Shown here one piece after another: positions 12,290 through 25,500 of a DNA stretch of 64,000 nt. The position numbers and the translations under genes were made by a program. The notes below the pieces were generated by a model. That model had not been told where the DNA came from and made no database searches. It saw nothing but the letters and a program-made list of their open reading frames with translations. The stretch lies in assembly GCF_036365525.1 (NCBI RefSeq), contig NC_090404.1:4774001-4838000 (forward strand), in the 5' to 3' direction. Each line of letters opens with the position of its first letter. Position 1 is the first letter of the stretch. Source of the DNA: Heterodontus francisci (taxonomy: Eukaryota).

Positions 12290-13390
12290 GTGTAATAGGT
12301 TTAGAGCCATGCTTAAATATATTACATGTTCGGCAATTACGTTTTGAATAGAAGGAAATAAAATGCTAAAATATAATTTGTGATGGTAATTATCCATCTT
12401 TGTTGAATCCATTGAGAAGTATTAATAATGATGTGCTTTCTGCACAAACGCACACATTTTACATTTACACATATGCAATTACACATACATGTACACTTAC
12501 ATGTGTGTTTGTGTGTGGTCGATTAGTTTTCGGTTGTCCCCATCTAGCAGCTGAGAGCTATGGAATTAGGTTAAAGTTACACTAGACTCTGCCTCCTTTG
12601 TTGCTGCACTAGACACTGCTGCAGTTTATATTTCAGTAGACATTATCTCAGTTGGCATTGCATTAGACATCTCTTTGTTTATTTTGCACACGACTCATTC
12701 TAGTTTACTGCTGCACTACACCATGCTTCTACTTATATTACACAAGGCCCTGCCTCAGTTGTTTCTGCAATGTACCATATCTCTGTTTATATTACACTGG
12801 ACTCTGTCCCAGCATACTACATTAGACCATGTGCAGTAATTACTGCAGGAGACCATTTGTCTGTTTATAATACATAGGCGTTGCTCAGTTGTTACTACCA
12901 GATCATGTCCCACTTATATTACACGAAATCCTATCCCACCAATGTTATACTAGACCATGTTGCTTTTTATATTATGCTAGGTCTTGTCCCAGTTATTACT
13001 GCGGCAGCCCAAAGGGTTGTGTTGTGTGGTCACGGTTCCAGACTCTGCCTGACGCCGTCATTAGGTCAGACGAAACCTAAATAGAAAATCCTGCAGGGAA
13101 AACAATTCTTAACAATAGAAAGGAATTGTGAAAATTATCACAGTACAAAACAAGTGATGGATTCGTAAACTTCAACACAACAGAATTTGTCAGTAAGCAG
13201 TGTAAATTGCTTAATTTTAGTCCTATCCCTCAACCCAGTTCATCTCTGGGAGATTGTTACAAGATTCGCCCAATCCTTTCAACAAAAATATTACCCACAT
13301 AATACCAGAGCAATTAGAAATTGCACACCACTGCTTATCGCTGTGGACAAGATTAACCGTATTCTTACAACCAAAAATGATTGCACCACA
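12290..13390 (-). pseudogene. FAM187-like pseudogene copy 2, interrupted by 27-bp satellite (12585-13000)
   Basis: Shares the CTGCAG-acceptor exon (13000-13096) and upstream block with the other copies; NSIALSC*MGQP, LLNGFNK and MDNYHHKLYF remnants. Confidence 0.5.
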
Positions 13391-13565
13391 CACAGACATA
13401 TATTTTCACTTATATTCCTATCCATCTATCTATAGAACAGTTAAATGGTCTGGTGCCATAAAATAACTGAGACACGGCCTCGTATAAACAAAAGACAAAG
13501 ACATGGTTTAATGAAATTAGACAGCGTTATGGTTTAATGCGATATTCAATTCAATTCAATTCCAT

Positions 13566-14480
13566 TTTATTGATGATAAGTTGAATTGGAGAGAACAGTG
13601 TGGAGATGTGGTGGCCAAGTGACATACACCAATATACTACTCAGAAAGTTAAAATCCTTTCGAGGAGAACCCGTAATCATGAAACTCTTCTATATGGTTG
13701 TTGTTTAGGGTGCTGTCCTTTTTGGATGTCTTTCCTGGTACTGTTGTCTTCGGAATGTAGATACTTTCAGGGTACAGAGATTTCTGAGCCAAGCAGGAAT
13801 GGTAGTGATGAGCAGATATTTCTTGACAACATCTGCTCTCAAAGAATTTGTACAAAAGAACATGATGAACAGTCAGAATCGCCCCTTGTCTCAATATTAC
13901 TTTTCAAAGCGTTCAGGGAAAAGGCTGCAATCCCTTCAATGTCGGACAAATCGGTTCTTGAACTCGTTCGTGCTTTTCTCTAAGATAACTTTTAATGGGA
14001 GCTTGATAAATGGATGACCATATCCATTCATTGAAGGACTCATTGATTATTTTCATGTATTGAAATTAGTTTTAAACGTCTATTTTAATCAACCTAGACT
14101 TTGTGTGATAGGGTAATTTTCTTTCTTTTTATTGCTATCGTCCATATGCAATTTTACAGTGTGCAATGTTATTCCGATCGAGCAGCTGAGAGTTATGGCA
14201 TTAGTTGGATTTTAGCATCCTGCACCAGCCCATCTGGCGGTGCTGTGTGGTCACGGTTCCAGACCCTGGCTGACACAGTCAGTTGGTCAGATGAAAGCTA
14301 AACAGAATATCCTGCAGGAAAAACATCCCTCAGCAATAAAAGGAATCTGTGAGCAATTTTCACAGTACAACACAACAGTGAATTCGTAAACTTTAACACA
14401 AAGTTTATCACTAAGTAGAGTAAAGTTCATTACACCTTTAGTCTGGTCCCTCAATCCCAGTTGATCGCTGGGAGATGGTT
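13566..14480 (-). pseudogene. FAM187-like pseudogene copy 3 (second Ig domain, TM, 3'UTR)
   Basis: In order: GTVTTQHRQMG, AITLSC, YMKIINES, IAAFSLN, YLLITT, versus FAM187A IQFHQQRLG, GLIISC, YLKGVNRS, VAGFRL, YLLITA; AATAAA at 13571-13566. Confidence 0.6.
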
Positions 14481-15739
14481 ACATTACGCCAGTTGACGCT
14501 GACCATTGTTTGGAAAATTTAGCAACATCATTATTTTTCTACTCGTCTGCGGCCTCGTGAAATGAGAAATGAAACAAGGCCTATTTTAAATATAAACAGA
14601 TACATGGTCCGGTAGTACACATTACATAACACTCGGCCCTGTTTACATTACATTTGGACCGATTTCAGTTGATGTTCCTGTCGTCTTGTCTCAGTTTTAA
14701 ATGCAGAAAAGTTTGCCTCTTGGTTTTGCAAACAAGATTCTGTCTCAGTCATTACTGCACTAGGCCAACTCCCTCTCTCTCTCCCTCTCTGTTTCTAATG
14801 CACCACCTCCTCTCCCAGTTACGAAACTATGTCTCTATTTCCATTGCACCAGACCCTGTCTCTGTTATTACTCAACTAAATTAATTCTGCTGATATTTCA
14901 CTGTCCCAGTTTATGTTACTCGAGATGCTGCCTCCTTTATTGGTGCACCTGACTACGCTTCTACTCACATTTCACAAGGCCCTGTCTCACGTATTACTAC
15001 ACTGGGCCATATCTCTGTTTCTATTAAGCAAAGCCCTGTCTCAGCTTACAACATAAGACCATGTGCTGTTATTGGTGCAGGAGACCATTTCTCTGTTTAT
15101 AATACATTCGGCCTTGCTCCATTATTACTGCACTAAATCATGTCCCCCCCTTATTACATTTCCTTTGTTCTGAGGAGAATACCTCAAGTCTTAAATCATA
15201 TTTTAGAATTTTATTTCCTTCTACCCAAAACGTAATTGCAGATCATTTAATACAATTGGCCAAGGCTCGAGATTTATTGAACACATCGATTTCATTGTTT
15301 ATATTACATTAGACCATGTTGTTTGTTTCTATTCTGCTCGGCTGCCTCAGATGTTGCGGCGCGAGGCCATATCTCTATTCATTCCACTAAACGATGTCAC
15401 ATCCTATAATGTTGTAGTTTGTGCCTCAGTTATTAGTGAAGTAACCAGAAAAAATATTGGAAGATGTCGGAGAGGAAATGGTGACGGTAAAACGTTAAAA
15501 TGAATTTTATGGAAGCAGAAATGGTGCGAAATTCACATAAAGCAGCAAGTGTTTCATTCCTTTACAAACAATGGAAATAATAAATCAGTCATTTATAGAT
15601 TTATTAGCTTCACATTATGTACAGGTAGTTTCATTTTTACCATCACTTGCACAAATCATCACACACGCGAGGTGTTTGCCATCAGCTTCTGTGTGATGGT
15701 GAGGTGACCACTTAACAATAAAGCACAGAGACTGGTGAG

Positions 15740-16080
15740 TCGCTGCTCATTATCCCTCGGTCTGCAATTACATTTTGAATTAAATAAATGCTTTAAAAAT
15801 TGGTGAAGATAATTACTTATATTTATGGAGTTGTAAATAATATGGTGTGCTTTGCACAGATACAAATGGGGTGACTTTGGTGAGAGAGTGAAACCAGGGG
15901 CTAAATGGGGACTGTGCTGATGAAAAGACCCTGTTTGAATGTCTGCATTTAGCACCCAATTTCCATCTAATTGCTGATTGCCATAAAATTGAACTTGTCT
16001 GGAAATGTTAAACCAGAGACCAGCAGGTTCAACACTCAGGTGCTGATTAACCACAATATTCTTGAATCAATATATGTGGG
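15740..16080 (-). pseudogene. Possible FAM187-like 3' fragment (copy 4)
   Basis: AGLWFNIS...GLFISTV...CIC remnants resemble the strand G/TM/Cys tail; weak. Confidence 0.3.
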
Positions 16081-16146
16081 CTCCATGCACGCACTTCTAC
16101 TATAAGTGTGAGGTTGGCGGCCTGACACACGGTAACAAGTTTCAGG

Positions 16147-16400
16147 ATGGCTCAGGAACCAACTGAGTGGCTGCACAGATTCTCAGAAAGCCTTGTAGGT
16201 CCTGATGGAGGAGGTCCAGGAGAGGAGGGATGTCCTGTACCCGCAATGTACCCCTCTGTCTCACTATCCTGCAGCAGCTGGTGCTACTCTGCCTGGCCTC
16301 ATGTCCTCCGCCCATTCGTACACCAGGATGCCGATGACCTAGCTGTGAAGGCCATTCCTTGAGAGGCAGGTTCTGCCACAAGTGGCGGAACCCCTTCAAC
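16147..16400 (+). mobile_element. Harbinger-type Myb/SANT-like ORF remnant
   Basis: HRFSES / L*VLMEEVQERRDVLYP ... KWRNPFN resembles the RFS..LEVLVEEV..RR..L..QCRKKFN signature; frameshifted. Confidence 0.5.
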
Positions 16401-16649
16401 CAAGATCAACAAATTAAACTAACAAACGTTCAGCCATTTTGCTCTATTACAAATTTCTCTGTGCAGAAATCGGCAACATTCATCTGGAATTAGTTGCACT
16501 TCAAATTTTTGGACCTCCTAGAGAAGGTGATGGGCTGGTACATCAACGCAAGTTGTTTCTTGGTGTATTAATATCAGAAGCAGTAACTGACATCGACATT
16601 TTCACAAGAAGAGCAATGGCCAAACACAACCACAAGGTGTCAGTGAAAG

Positions 16650-18250
16650 CCCGATTGTTTATATTACTTGAAACAGGTGCTGCCTTCATTATTACTGCTC
16701 CAGATCCTGTTTCTGTTCATATTACACTGGATGCTGTCTCTGTTTATATTAAGCTAGAACTTGCTTTTGTCTATATTATACTAGATGTTGTCTCTGTTTA
16801 TATTATACCAGGTCATTTTCCTATTCGTATTCCAACAAATATTGTCTCTGAACATATAAAAACAGTCCATTGCTCAGCTGTTCCGACATTGGCCCAATCT
16901 CAGGTGTTAATACTCTGGACCATGTTTCTGCTTGCACCACACAATACCCTGTCTAGGTCATTCCTGTACGAGATCACATTTCTGTTTCTATCACACAAAG
17001 CCCTGTCTCTGTTATTACTGTAATGAACCATCTCTCTGTTACTACGACACGGAATTCTGTCTCACCTCGTGCTGCACTTGTCCATGTCTCAGATCATTGA
17101 AATCGAGGTTCTGTATCAATAATTACTGCACTGGACCTTGTCTCGGTTTTTCTTCTAATGGACCCTGTCTCACGTATGACTACATTCTATCATGTCCCTG
17201 TTCTCATTACACAAGACACTGTCCCAATTATTATTGCACTCGACAGATTTCAGATTACACTTGATCATGTATCTGTTTAAATTACACCAGAACATGACTC
17301 TTAATACGACACGAGACACAATCTCAGTTTTTACTGAGCTGGACCCAGTGTTGGTTCATATTACCGTAGATCTTGTATCAATAATTGGTGCACTGGAGCC
17401 TGTCTCAGTATTCCTGCACCAGGCCCTGTCCCTGTTTATATTACCACAGTGCCTGTCTCTGATCCTATTGCACCAGTCCCTCTATCAGTTATTACTGCTC
17501 TGGACCCTATCCCAGCTGCTACTACACAGGACTATGTCTCTGTTTATATTAAGTTCGGCAAAGTCTCTGTTATTGCTGCACCAAACCCTGTGTCTGTTTA
17601 TAGTACACTAAACCCAGTCTCAATTAGTGCTGGACCATTCAATGTCTCCGTTCATATTACACTGGAACATGTCCCTGTTAATACTCCACTTGAACATGTC
17701 CCTGTTCGTATTAAAATCAGCCTTGTCTTTTCATTACTAATGTGTTTATATTGCAATTGGAACACTCTCTGTTTATATTACACAGGACCCTGTCTCTTTT
17801 TATATGACACTTGATCCTGTCTCTTTTTATATTACACTAGACCCTGTCTCTGTTTATATTCCATTTGACCCTTTCTCTGTTTATATTACACTAGAACATG
17901 ACTCAGTTACGACTGGACTTCGTTGCATCTCTGTTTATATTACATTCGACCCTATCTCTGTTCTTACTGCACCAGGCCTTGGCCATGTTTACATTACACT
18001 AGACCTTATCTCTGGTCTTTCTGCACGAGGCCCTGTCTCGATTTATATTACACTCAACCTTATCTCTGTTCTTTCTGCACCAAGCCCTGCCACTGTTTAT
18101 ATTACTCTCGACCCTGTTTCTGATTGCATTACACTCTGCCGTGCCTCTGTTATTATTAAACTAGGCCCTGTCTCTGTTTATATTACTTTGGACGCTGACT
18201 CTGTTTATATTACAGTTGACCCTGTCTCTTTTTATATTTCACGAGACCCA
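16650..18250 (+). repeat. Degenerate 27-bp satellite (ATTACACTAGACCCTGTCTCTGTTTAT)
   Basis: 9-aa ITLDPVSVY periodicity in ORF 17804-18265. Further tracts at 12585-13000, 14600-15420 and 20630-20820; inverted tracts at 12100-12290, 21670-21880 and 29340-29780. Confidence 0.85.
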
Positions 18251-18254
18251 TTTC

Positions 18255-20628
18255 GGCAAAAGTGACGATAAGGCTGGAAGGTTTAAGGTAGTTATGGAAA
18301 AGGACAAAGATAGACCAGAAATAAAGGTACTGAATTGGGGGAAGGACGATTTCAATACGATAAAACAGGATCTGGCCGAAGTGGACTGGGAGCCTGTACT
18401 TGGAGGAAAGTCTGCACCAGACCAGTGGGAGTCATTCAAGGAAGCTTTTAGCAGATTCACAGCGCTGAAAGCAGTGGAGGTACTAGATGAGTATCGAAAG
18501 TGTAGCCGGGGGGGGGGGGGAGGGGTACTTAAAAAAGTAATTAGGAGAGAGAAGAGTAGATAAGAAAAAACACTGGCAGGCTAGATAAAGGTAAATTCTA
18601 AAGCGTGTTCTAAGTATATTAAGGGTAAGAGGATAACCAGGGAAAGAGTAGGACCCATTAGGGACCAAAGGTGCAATCTCTGTGTGGAGCCGGAGGGCAT
18701 TGGTGAGGTTTTAAATGATTACTTTTAATCTGAGTTCACCATAGAGAAGGTCAATATTGGTGTAGAGATCAGGGAAGGGGATTGTGATATACTTGAATAT
18801 ATTAGCATTGAAAGGGAGGAAGTATTAGCGGTTCTGGTGGGCTTAAAAGTGGATGAATCCCCAGGCCCAGATGAGATGTATCCCAGGCGGTTATGTGAGG
18901 CAAGGGAAGAGATAGCATGGACTCTGACACAAATTTTCAAATCTGCTCTGGCCACAGGAGAGGTACCAGAGGATTGGAGGACAGCGAATGTGGTACCATT
19001 ATTCAAGAAGGGTAGTAGGGATAAACCAGGGAATTACAGGCCGGTGAGTCTAACATCAGTGGTAAGGAAACTATTGGAAAAATCTCTGAGGGATAGGATT
19101 AATTTCCACTTGGAGAGGCAGGGGTTAATCAGGGATAGGGAGCATGGCTTAGTCAGGGGGAGATCGTATCTAACTAACTAGATTGAATGTTGCAAGGCGG
19201 TGACTCAATGTATAGATGAGGATAAAGCAGTTGATATTCTACATGGACTTCAGTCAGGTTTTTGATAAGGTCCCACATGGGAGATTGTTTAAAAAGATAA
19301 GATCTCATGGGATCCAGGGCAATTTGGCAAATTGGATCCAAAATTGGCTCAGTAGCAGGAGGCAGAGGGTTATGGTTGAGGGTTGTTTTTGCAAGTGGAA
19401 GCCTTTGACCAGTGGTGTACCGCAGGGATCGGTGCTGGGACCCAGACTGTTTGTAGTGTACATTAATGATTTAGGCGTGAATATAGGAGGTGTGATCAGT
19501 AAGTTCGCAGATGACATGAAAATTGGTGGTGTCGTAAATAGTGAGGAGGATGGCCTTACATTACAGGACGATATCGATGGGCTGGGAAGATGGGCGCAAC
19601 AGTGGCAAATAGAATTTAATCCTGAGAAGTGTGAGGTGATGCATTTTTGGAGTACTAATCAGGCAAGGGAATATATCGTGGATGGTAGGACCCTATGAAG
19701 TACAGAAGGTCAGAGGGACCTCGGTGTACTTGTCCATAGATCACTGAAAGCAGCAGCACAGGTAGATAAGATGGTTAGCAGGGCATATGAAAATTATTAG
19801 AGGCATTTATGGGATAGATAGGAAGAAACATTTTCCCCTAGCGGAGAGGTCAATAACTAGGGGACATAGATTTAAGATAAGGGGCAGGAGTTTTAGAGGG
19901 GAGTGGAGGAAATAAAATTCACCCAGAGGTTGAATGGAATCTGGAACACACTGCCTGAAGAGGTTGTAGAGGCTGGAACACACACGACATTTAAGAAGTA
20001 TTTAGATGAGCACTTGAAATGCCATAGTATACAAGACTATGGGTCAAGTGCGGGCAAGTGGGATTAGTTTTGGACAGGTGCTTGATGGTCAGCGCAGGGG
20101 TGCTGGGCCGAAGGGCATGCTTCTGTGCTGTAAAACTCTATGACTCTATAGGATTCTTGCATTTATGAGCCGAGGCATTGAATATAAGAGCAGGGAGGTT
20201 ATGATGGAGCTGTATAAAACACTGGTTAGGCCACAGCTGGAGTACTGTGAACAGTTCTGGGCACCACACTATTGGAAGGATGTGATTGCACTGGAGAGGG
20301 TGCAGAGGAGATTCACCAGGATGTTGCCTGGGCTGGAGCATTTCAGCTATGCAGAGAGACTGAAAAGGCTAGGGTTGTTTTACTTAGAGCAGAGAAGGCT
20401 GAGGGGGAACATGATTGAGGTGTACAAAATTATGAGGGGCAGTGATAGGTTAGATTGGAAGAAAATGTTTCGCTCAGCGGAGGCGTCAATAACCAGGGAG
20501 CATAGATTTAAGGTAAGGGGCAGGAGGTTTAGAGGGGATTTGAGGAATTTGTTTTTCACTCTGAGGATGGTTGGAATCTGGAATGCACTGCATGAAGAGG
20601 TGGTGGAGGCAGGAACCCTCACAACATT
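18255..20628 (+). mobile_element. 5'-truncated CR1 LINE (RT) inserted in the 27-bp satellite, with a nested CR1 tail
   Basis: PGPDEMYPR, NYRPVSLTS, GVPQGSVLGP, KFADD, RPQLEYC motifs. Confidence 0.9.
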
Positions 20629-20859
20629 TACACTATATTACACTAGACCATGTTTCAGTTATGACTGGACTTCGTTGCATCTCGGTTTATATTACACTAA
20701 CCCCCTATCTCTGTTCTTACTGCACCAGTCCATGTCTCTGTTTATATTACACTGGACCCTCTCTCGGTTTATATTACACTGGGCCATGTTGGTTTTTCAC
20801 TGCACTAGGCCATGTTTTCAGCAGATGAAGAGATATTATTATAAATAAAGATGTTAGAC

Positions 20860-21025
20860 TGGAAATTGGTATCAGGTTACGGCCGAATGGACGCTTTTGG
20901 CTCGGCCGTCCTTTCTACCCAGGGCCTGGTGTTCAATTTCATTGCAGTCAACGGAGTTGCTGCCTCTCCCGGGCGGTCAATCCGATAGTGACTCTTTCTG
21001 TGCCACTACCTGAAACCAATTTCCA
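20860..21025. other. 166-nt element with 18-bp terminal inverted repeats and internal hairpins (MITE- or structured-RNA-like)
   Basis: TGGAAATTGGTATCAGGT pairs with ACCTGAAACCAATTTCCA (17/18); internal ACGGCCGA/TCGGCCGT stem. Confidence 0.6.
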
Positions 21026-21054
21026 TCTTATGTGTTTGTGTGTTGGGCGGGCGC

Positions 21055-21510
21055 AATCATTTTCTGCATGGAAGAATACCTTTAATCTTGTTAATACCTA
21101 TCAGTAGCTTATGTGAAATTTCTAATTGCTCTGGTATTATGTGGGTAATATTTGTGTTGAAAGGATGGGCTGAATCCTGCAACAAGCTCCCAGAGACGGA
21201 CTGGGTGGGATTGAAGGACAGGACTAAAGGTTAGTAATAGTGCACTGCACTTTACAACACTTGGTAACAAACTCTGTTGTGTTAAAGTGTACTAATTCAC
21301 ACTTGTGTTGTACTGTGACAATTCCTCACTTTTTAATGTTCAGGATATTTTTGTCGCTGCGGGATTTTCAATTTCGAGTTCACCTGACCTCGTGATCGTG
21401 CTCGAAACAGCCTGGAACAGTGACCCCGCAGACGCAACCGACAGGCTGCCGCCGGGTCCTAATGTCCACCAAGTTCCATCATCTGATCAACAGGGACAAC
21501 TGAAATGAAA
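21055..21510 (+). pseudogene. FAM187-like pseudogene copy 5 (inverted relative to the others)
   Basis: Reverse-complement homology to 13000-13390 and 25290-25440; GRIPLILLIPISSLCE resembles HTPEVLVRSCLVPCE. Confidence 0.5.
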
Positions 21511-22554
21511 ACACACAATGTTATATATAGGCGAGTGTGTGTGTGTGTGTGTGCCAAATAAATCATACTTAATGATTGCAAGGTGGTTCCACATAGTTAT
21601 ATAACCTATTTCACTAGATTGTTTCTGCATTTTATTTCCTTTTATTCAAACTGTAATTGCAGATTGTTTAATACCGTGTGATATAAACAGAGATATGGCC
21701 CCGTGCAATGATAACAGAGAGACAGGACATCAAGAACCATGTCTTGATGTAATCGTAATTGAAACAATACTTCGTACAATAATAACAGCAAATACTTTGC
21801 CTAACACCTCATAACAGAGTCAATGACCACTGCAGTTTGAATGAGATGGGCTTAGTGTAATTACGCAGGCACTGTCTGGTGTAATGGGAGCTGGGAAAAG
21901 ATCATGTCAGCATTGACACTCTCAGCCTCAGTCAGAAGGTGTGGGATCAAGCCCCACTCCAGACACTCGACTGCATAATCTAGGCCGATGCTCCCGTTGC
22001 CAATATAAATGCAAGTCGTTCTGATCTTTTGCCCACTATTTTGTTAGACTCAGAAGGAGTGAGGGGAATGGCAGATGCAGCAATTCTAGGCAATTTCTCC
22101 ATCCAGCGAGGCAGGGGTTCTGGTGACATAATTGCAAGTTTGACGTGACTGCCCACTCCTAAAAGACCTCTTCCCCCTCTCCCCCAAACAATCACAGAGG
22201 CCGGCTCAAGGGTATCAATAACAGAGGCTGCTTTTACTGCAGGAACTCTTACCTTGAGAGAGGCAGGGGGTCTAATAAACACCCGATTGCAATAGGAAGA
22301 CAAAGAGCAGGTAAGCACTGACGTTTTGGGCCCAGTACAGGCTTCTGTGTTATGGTGAGTGAAACAGGGAGTAGTGTGAAAAAATAGGAATGGAAACATC
22401 ATGACAGGCACATGTGGCTGACTCCAACTGACTAAGTTGATGCACAAAAGGGGGTGACCATGAGGACAGGGCGTACTCCAGAGATTTCTGATATCTGAGG
22501 TGACAATGGTGGATGTCTCAGAGGAACTGAAAAGAAACTGTTTCTTCTCATCTG

Positions 22555-23015
22555 TCAGCTGTGCCTCAGTTTTTACAACGCTCACCTTTGAGTCATAAGC
22601 TTCCAGGTTCAAGACCCAATCCGGGGCTTGAGAGCAAAAATCAATTCTGATACAGTAGTGCAGTATTGAGGGAGCACAGCACTGCCAGAGGTGCCGTCTT
22701 TCAGATGAGATGTCAAACCGAGGCCCAAATCTACTTGCTCGGGTGGATGTAAAAGCTCTCTGGTACTATTTGGAAGAAGAACAAAGGAGTTATCCCCAGT
22801 GTCCTGGTCAAGGTTTATCCCTCAATCAACATCACAAAGACAGATTATCTAGTCTTTATCGCATTGCTGCTTGTGGGAGTTTGCTGTTTGTAAAGTGGCT
22901 GATATGTTTCCTGCATTACAACAGTGACTACACTTCAAAAGTACTTCATGGATTCTAAAGCATTTTGAGATGTCCGGTGGTTGTGAAAAGCCTGATATAA
23001 ATGCAAGTCTTTCCT
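22555..23015 (+). mobile_element. Deu-domain SINE (SacSINE1-like)
   Basis: GAGGTGCCGTCTTTCAGATGAGATGTCAAACCGAGGCCC core; ATATAAATGCAAGTCTTT tail. Confidence 0.8.
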
Positions 23016-23580
23016 TTCCTTTTTGCAGTCGCTGTGTTGCACAGGATCATCGGGGCCGGATCTGACAGTTCGTAGAAACCAATGTTTTAAATCTTCTGCT
23101 AAAGCCAATTAAATTCAAAGTTCAAACCTCACCAGAGGAAAATTAAGAGTTGTGCAAAAATGAGTGAGCTGTCCAATTAATCCCATTGTTCATATCGCTG
23201 CCAATTTGCACCCCCCACCCCCACTCCACCACAACCATCTTTATGGCAACAAAACCAAAAGGGGAGATGAGAAGAATTTTGTTTTAATACAGAGATTTTC
23301 TGTGATCTGGAATGCACACCGTGAAAGGGTGCTTGAAGCAAATTGAATAGTAACTTTCAAAGGGAACTGGATAAATACCTGAGGGGAGGGGGGAGATTGT
23401 TGCAGGATTCACCCCATCCTTTCAACACAAATATTACCCACATAATACCAGAGCAATTAGAAATTTCAAACAGCTACTGATAGCTATTAACAAGGTTAAA
23501 GATATTCTTCCAGACAGAAAATGATTACACCCGCCCGATTTTGAACACTTCTATTAAATAGTAACACACGCAGGTGGAGT

Positions 23581-23612
<32 letters not shown>

Positions 23613-24160
23613 AAAACAGACACTTTTAAAAAGTCAGAAACACGAGGTGGTGAGAGATAGAAGCTGAGAAATAGAGAAAACAAGGAACACACAGAGAGAA
23701 TGGCATAAAATTAAAGGGAGCAAACTGCCAGCTGCCGGTTTCAGAGAGCAGAGGGAGCTCAGTGACTGATCCACAGACACTGCCAGTTATGTCCGGGAAT
23801 GGAGACTCGAAACAGAAACAACAGGTTCATTTGTAAATGTCACCACAATGTGATCTGTGTGACTCTGCACTGACTCTGTGGACAGATATAGGCCGCCTTG
23901 GCAGATGTTTCCACCAGATTGTGGCCCCTGGATTTATTTTCTGCTCAGAAGTGAGATGTGTGGTTTGGAACCAGCAGAAGAGAAACAGGAAGTTGTGTTG
24001 CCTGAGAATGAAATAGCAGGTGTCAATTTCAGGTTTTCGCCATGAACAGTCTTCCTGCCTGTGAGGGTGGATTCAATCTGACAGCACCAAGAACAAGCTC
24101 ACATATTGCTTCTGGTCTCAAAATTCCATTCACCTCCATTCACATTTAATTCACATTTGA

Positions 24161-24913
24161 TTCAGTGAGTTCAGTCTGCGAGAGAGGGGAGAGGTTCATT
24201 GAGTTCAGTCTGAGCAAGAGGAGAGAGGTTCAGTGAGTTCAGACTGAGAGAGGAGAGAGGTTCAGTGAGTTTAATCTGAGAGAGAGGAGAGAAGTTCAGT
24301 GAGTTCTGTCTGAGAGAGAGGAGAGAGGTTCAGTGAGTTCAGTCTGAGAGAGAGGAGAGTGATTCCGTGCGTTCAGTCTGAGAGGAGAGAAATTCAATGA
24401 GTTCAGTCTGAGAGAGAGGAGAGAGGATCAGTGAGTTCAGTCTGAGAGAGAGGAGATTGATTCAGTGAGTTCTGTCTGACAGAAAGGAGAGAAATTCAAT
24501 GAGTTCAGTCTGAGAGACAGGAGAGAGATTCAGTGAGTTCAGTCCGAGTGAGAGGAGAGCGATTCAGTAAGTTCAGTCTGAGAGAGAAGAGAGAGGTTCA
24601 GTGAGTTCAGTCTGAGGCAGAGGAGAGAGGTTCAGTGAGTTCAGTCTGAGAGGGAGGAGAGAGATTCAGTGACTTCAGTCTGAGAGAGAGGAGAGAGATT
24701 CAGTGAGTTCAGTCTGAGAGAGAGGGGAGAGGTCCAGTGAGTTCAGTCTGAGCGAGAGAAGAGAGATTCAGTGAGTTCAGTCTGAAAGAGAGGAGAGCGG
24801 TTCAGTGAGTTCAGTCTGAGAGAGAGAAGAGAGATTCAGTGAGTTCAGTCTGAGAGAGGAGAGAGGTTCAGTGACTTCATTGCATCTGAAAGAGAGGTTC
24901 AATGAGTTCAGTG
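24161..24913 (+). repeat. 34-bp minisatellite, about 22 copies (TTCAGTGAGTTCAGTCTGAGAGAGAGGAGAGAGG)
   Basis: Directly visible tandem array. Confidence 0.95.
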
Positions 24914-24919
24914 ACAGAC

Positions 24920-25500
24920 GTGTTCACCTGGGCAATGGAAGGGTCTGTGTGTGATCACTTTCTCAACAAGACCACACAACAGAATGTGTTGAGAATAGGT
25001 GTTATCGTTATTGAATGATACGTAATACTATTACATTTTGAATAAATTGAAATTGTATAAAATGTTGTGAAACGCTTCGTGCACATAATCACTTATGTTC
25101 GTGCAATGCATTGCATGCATTAAGAAGTATGTGTTCTGGGCACGCCGTATCCACACACAACACACAAACACACACATACACATATATGCCTCACACACGG
25201 TCACCCACAGACCACACACCCACACCCACCGAGTATACCACACACGTGCACATACACACACGCAGAAACATTTTGTTTTAGCTGGTTTCAGTTGCACCAC
25301 TTAACCAGTTGATGAAAATCTAATCGGGTGGACATTAGGACCCTACGGCAGCCCATCTGGCGGTGCTGGGAGGACACGGTTCCAGACTCTGTCCAATACA
25401 ATCTGTGGGTCAGGCGAAAGTTAAACAGAAATTCCTGCAGAAAAAAAAATCCTTAACATTAAAAAAAAACTATCAGCAATGGAGACAGTACAAAACAAAT
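24920..25500 (-). pseudogene. FAM187-like pseudogene copy 6; its upstream part continues at 28825-29070 beyond a CR1 insertion
   Basis: Same CTGCAG-acceptor exon (25290-25440); homology with 13100-13390 resumes after the LINE. Confidence 0.5.

Noticed and set aside
13600-13983. 127-aa plus-strand ORF
   Set aside because: Antisense to the FAM187-like remnant; no domain recognised.
17804-18265. ORFs with ITLDPVSVY repeats (also 16439-17814)
   Set aside because: Artefact of a 27-bp satellite whose consensus lacks stops in that frame.
21980-22612. 210-aa minus-strand ORF
   Set aside because: It starts and ends inside SINE sequence, and I found no recognisable domain or splice support.
24161-24913. 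CRISPR-like regular repeat
   Set aside because: No unique spacers; eukaryotic minisatellite.
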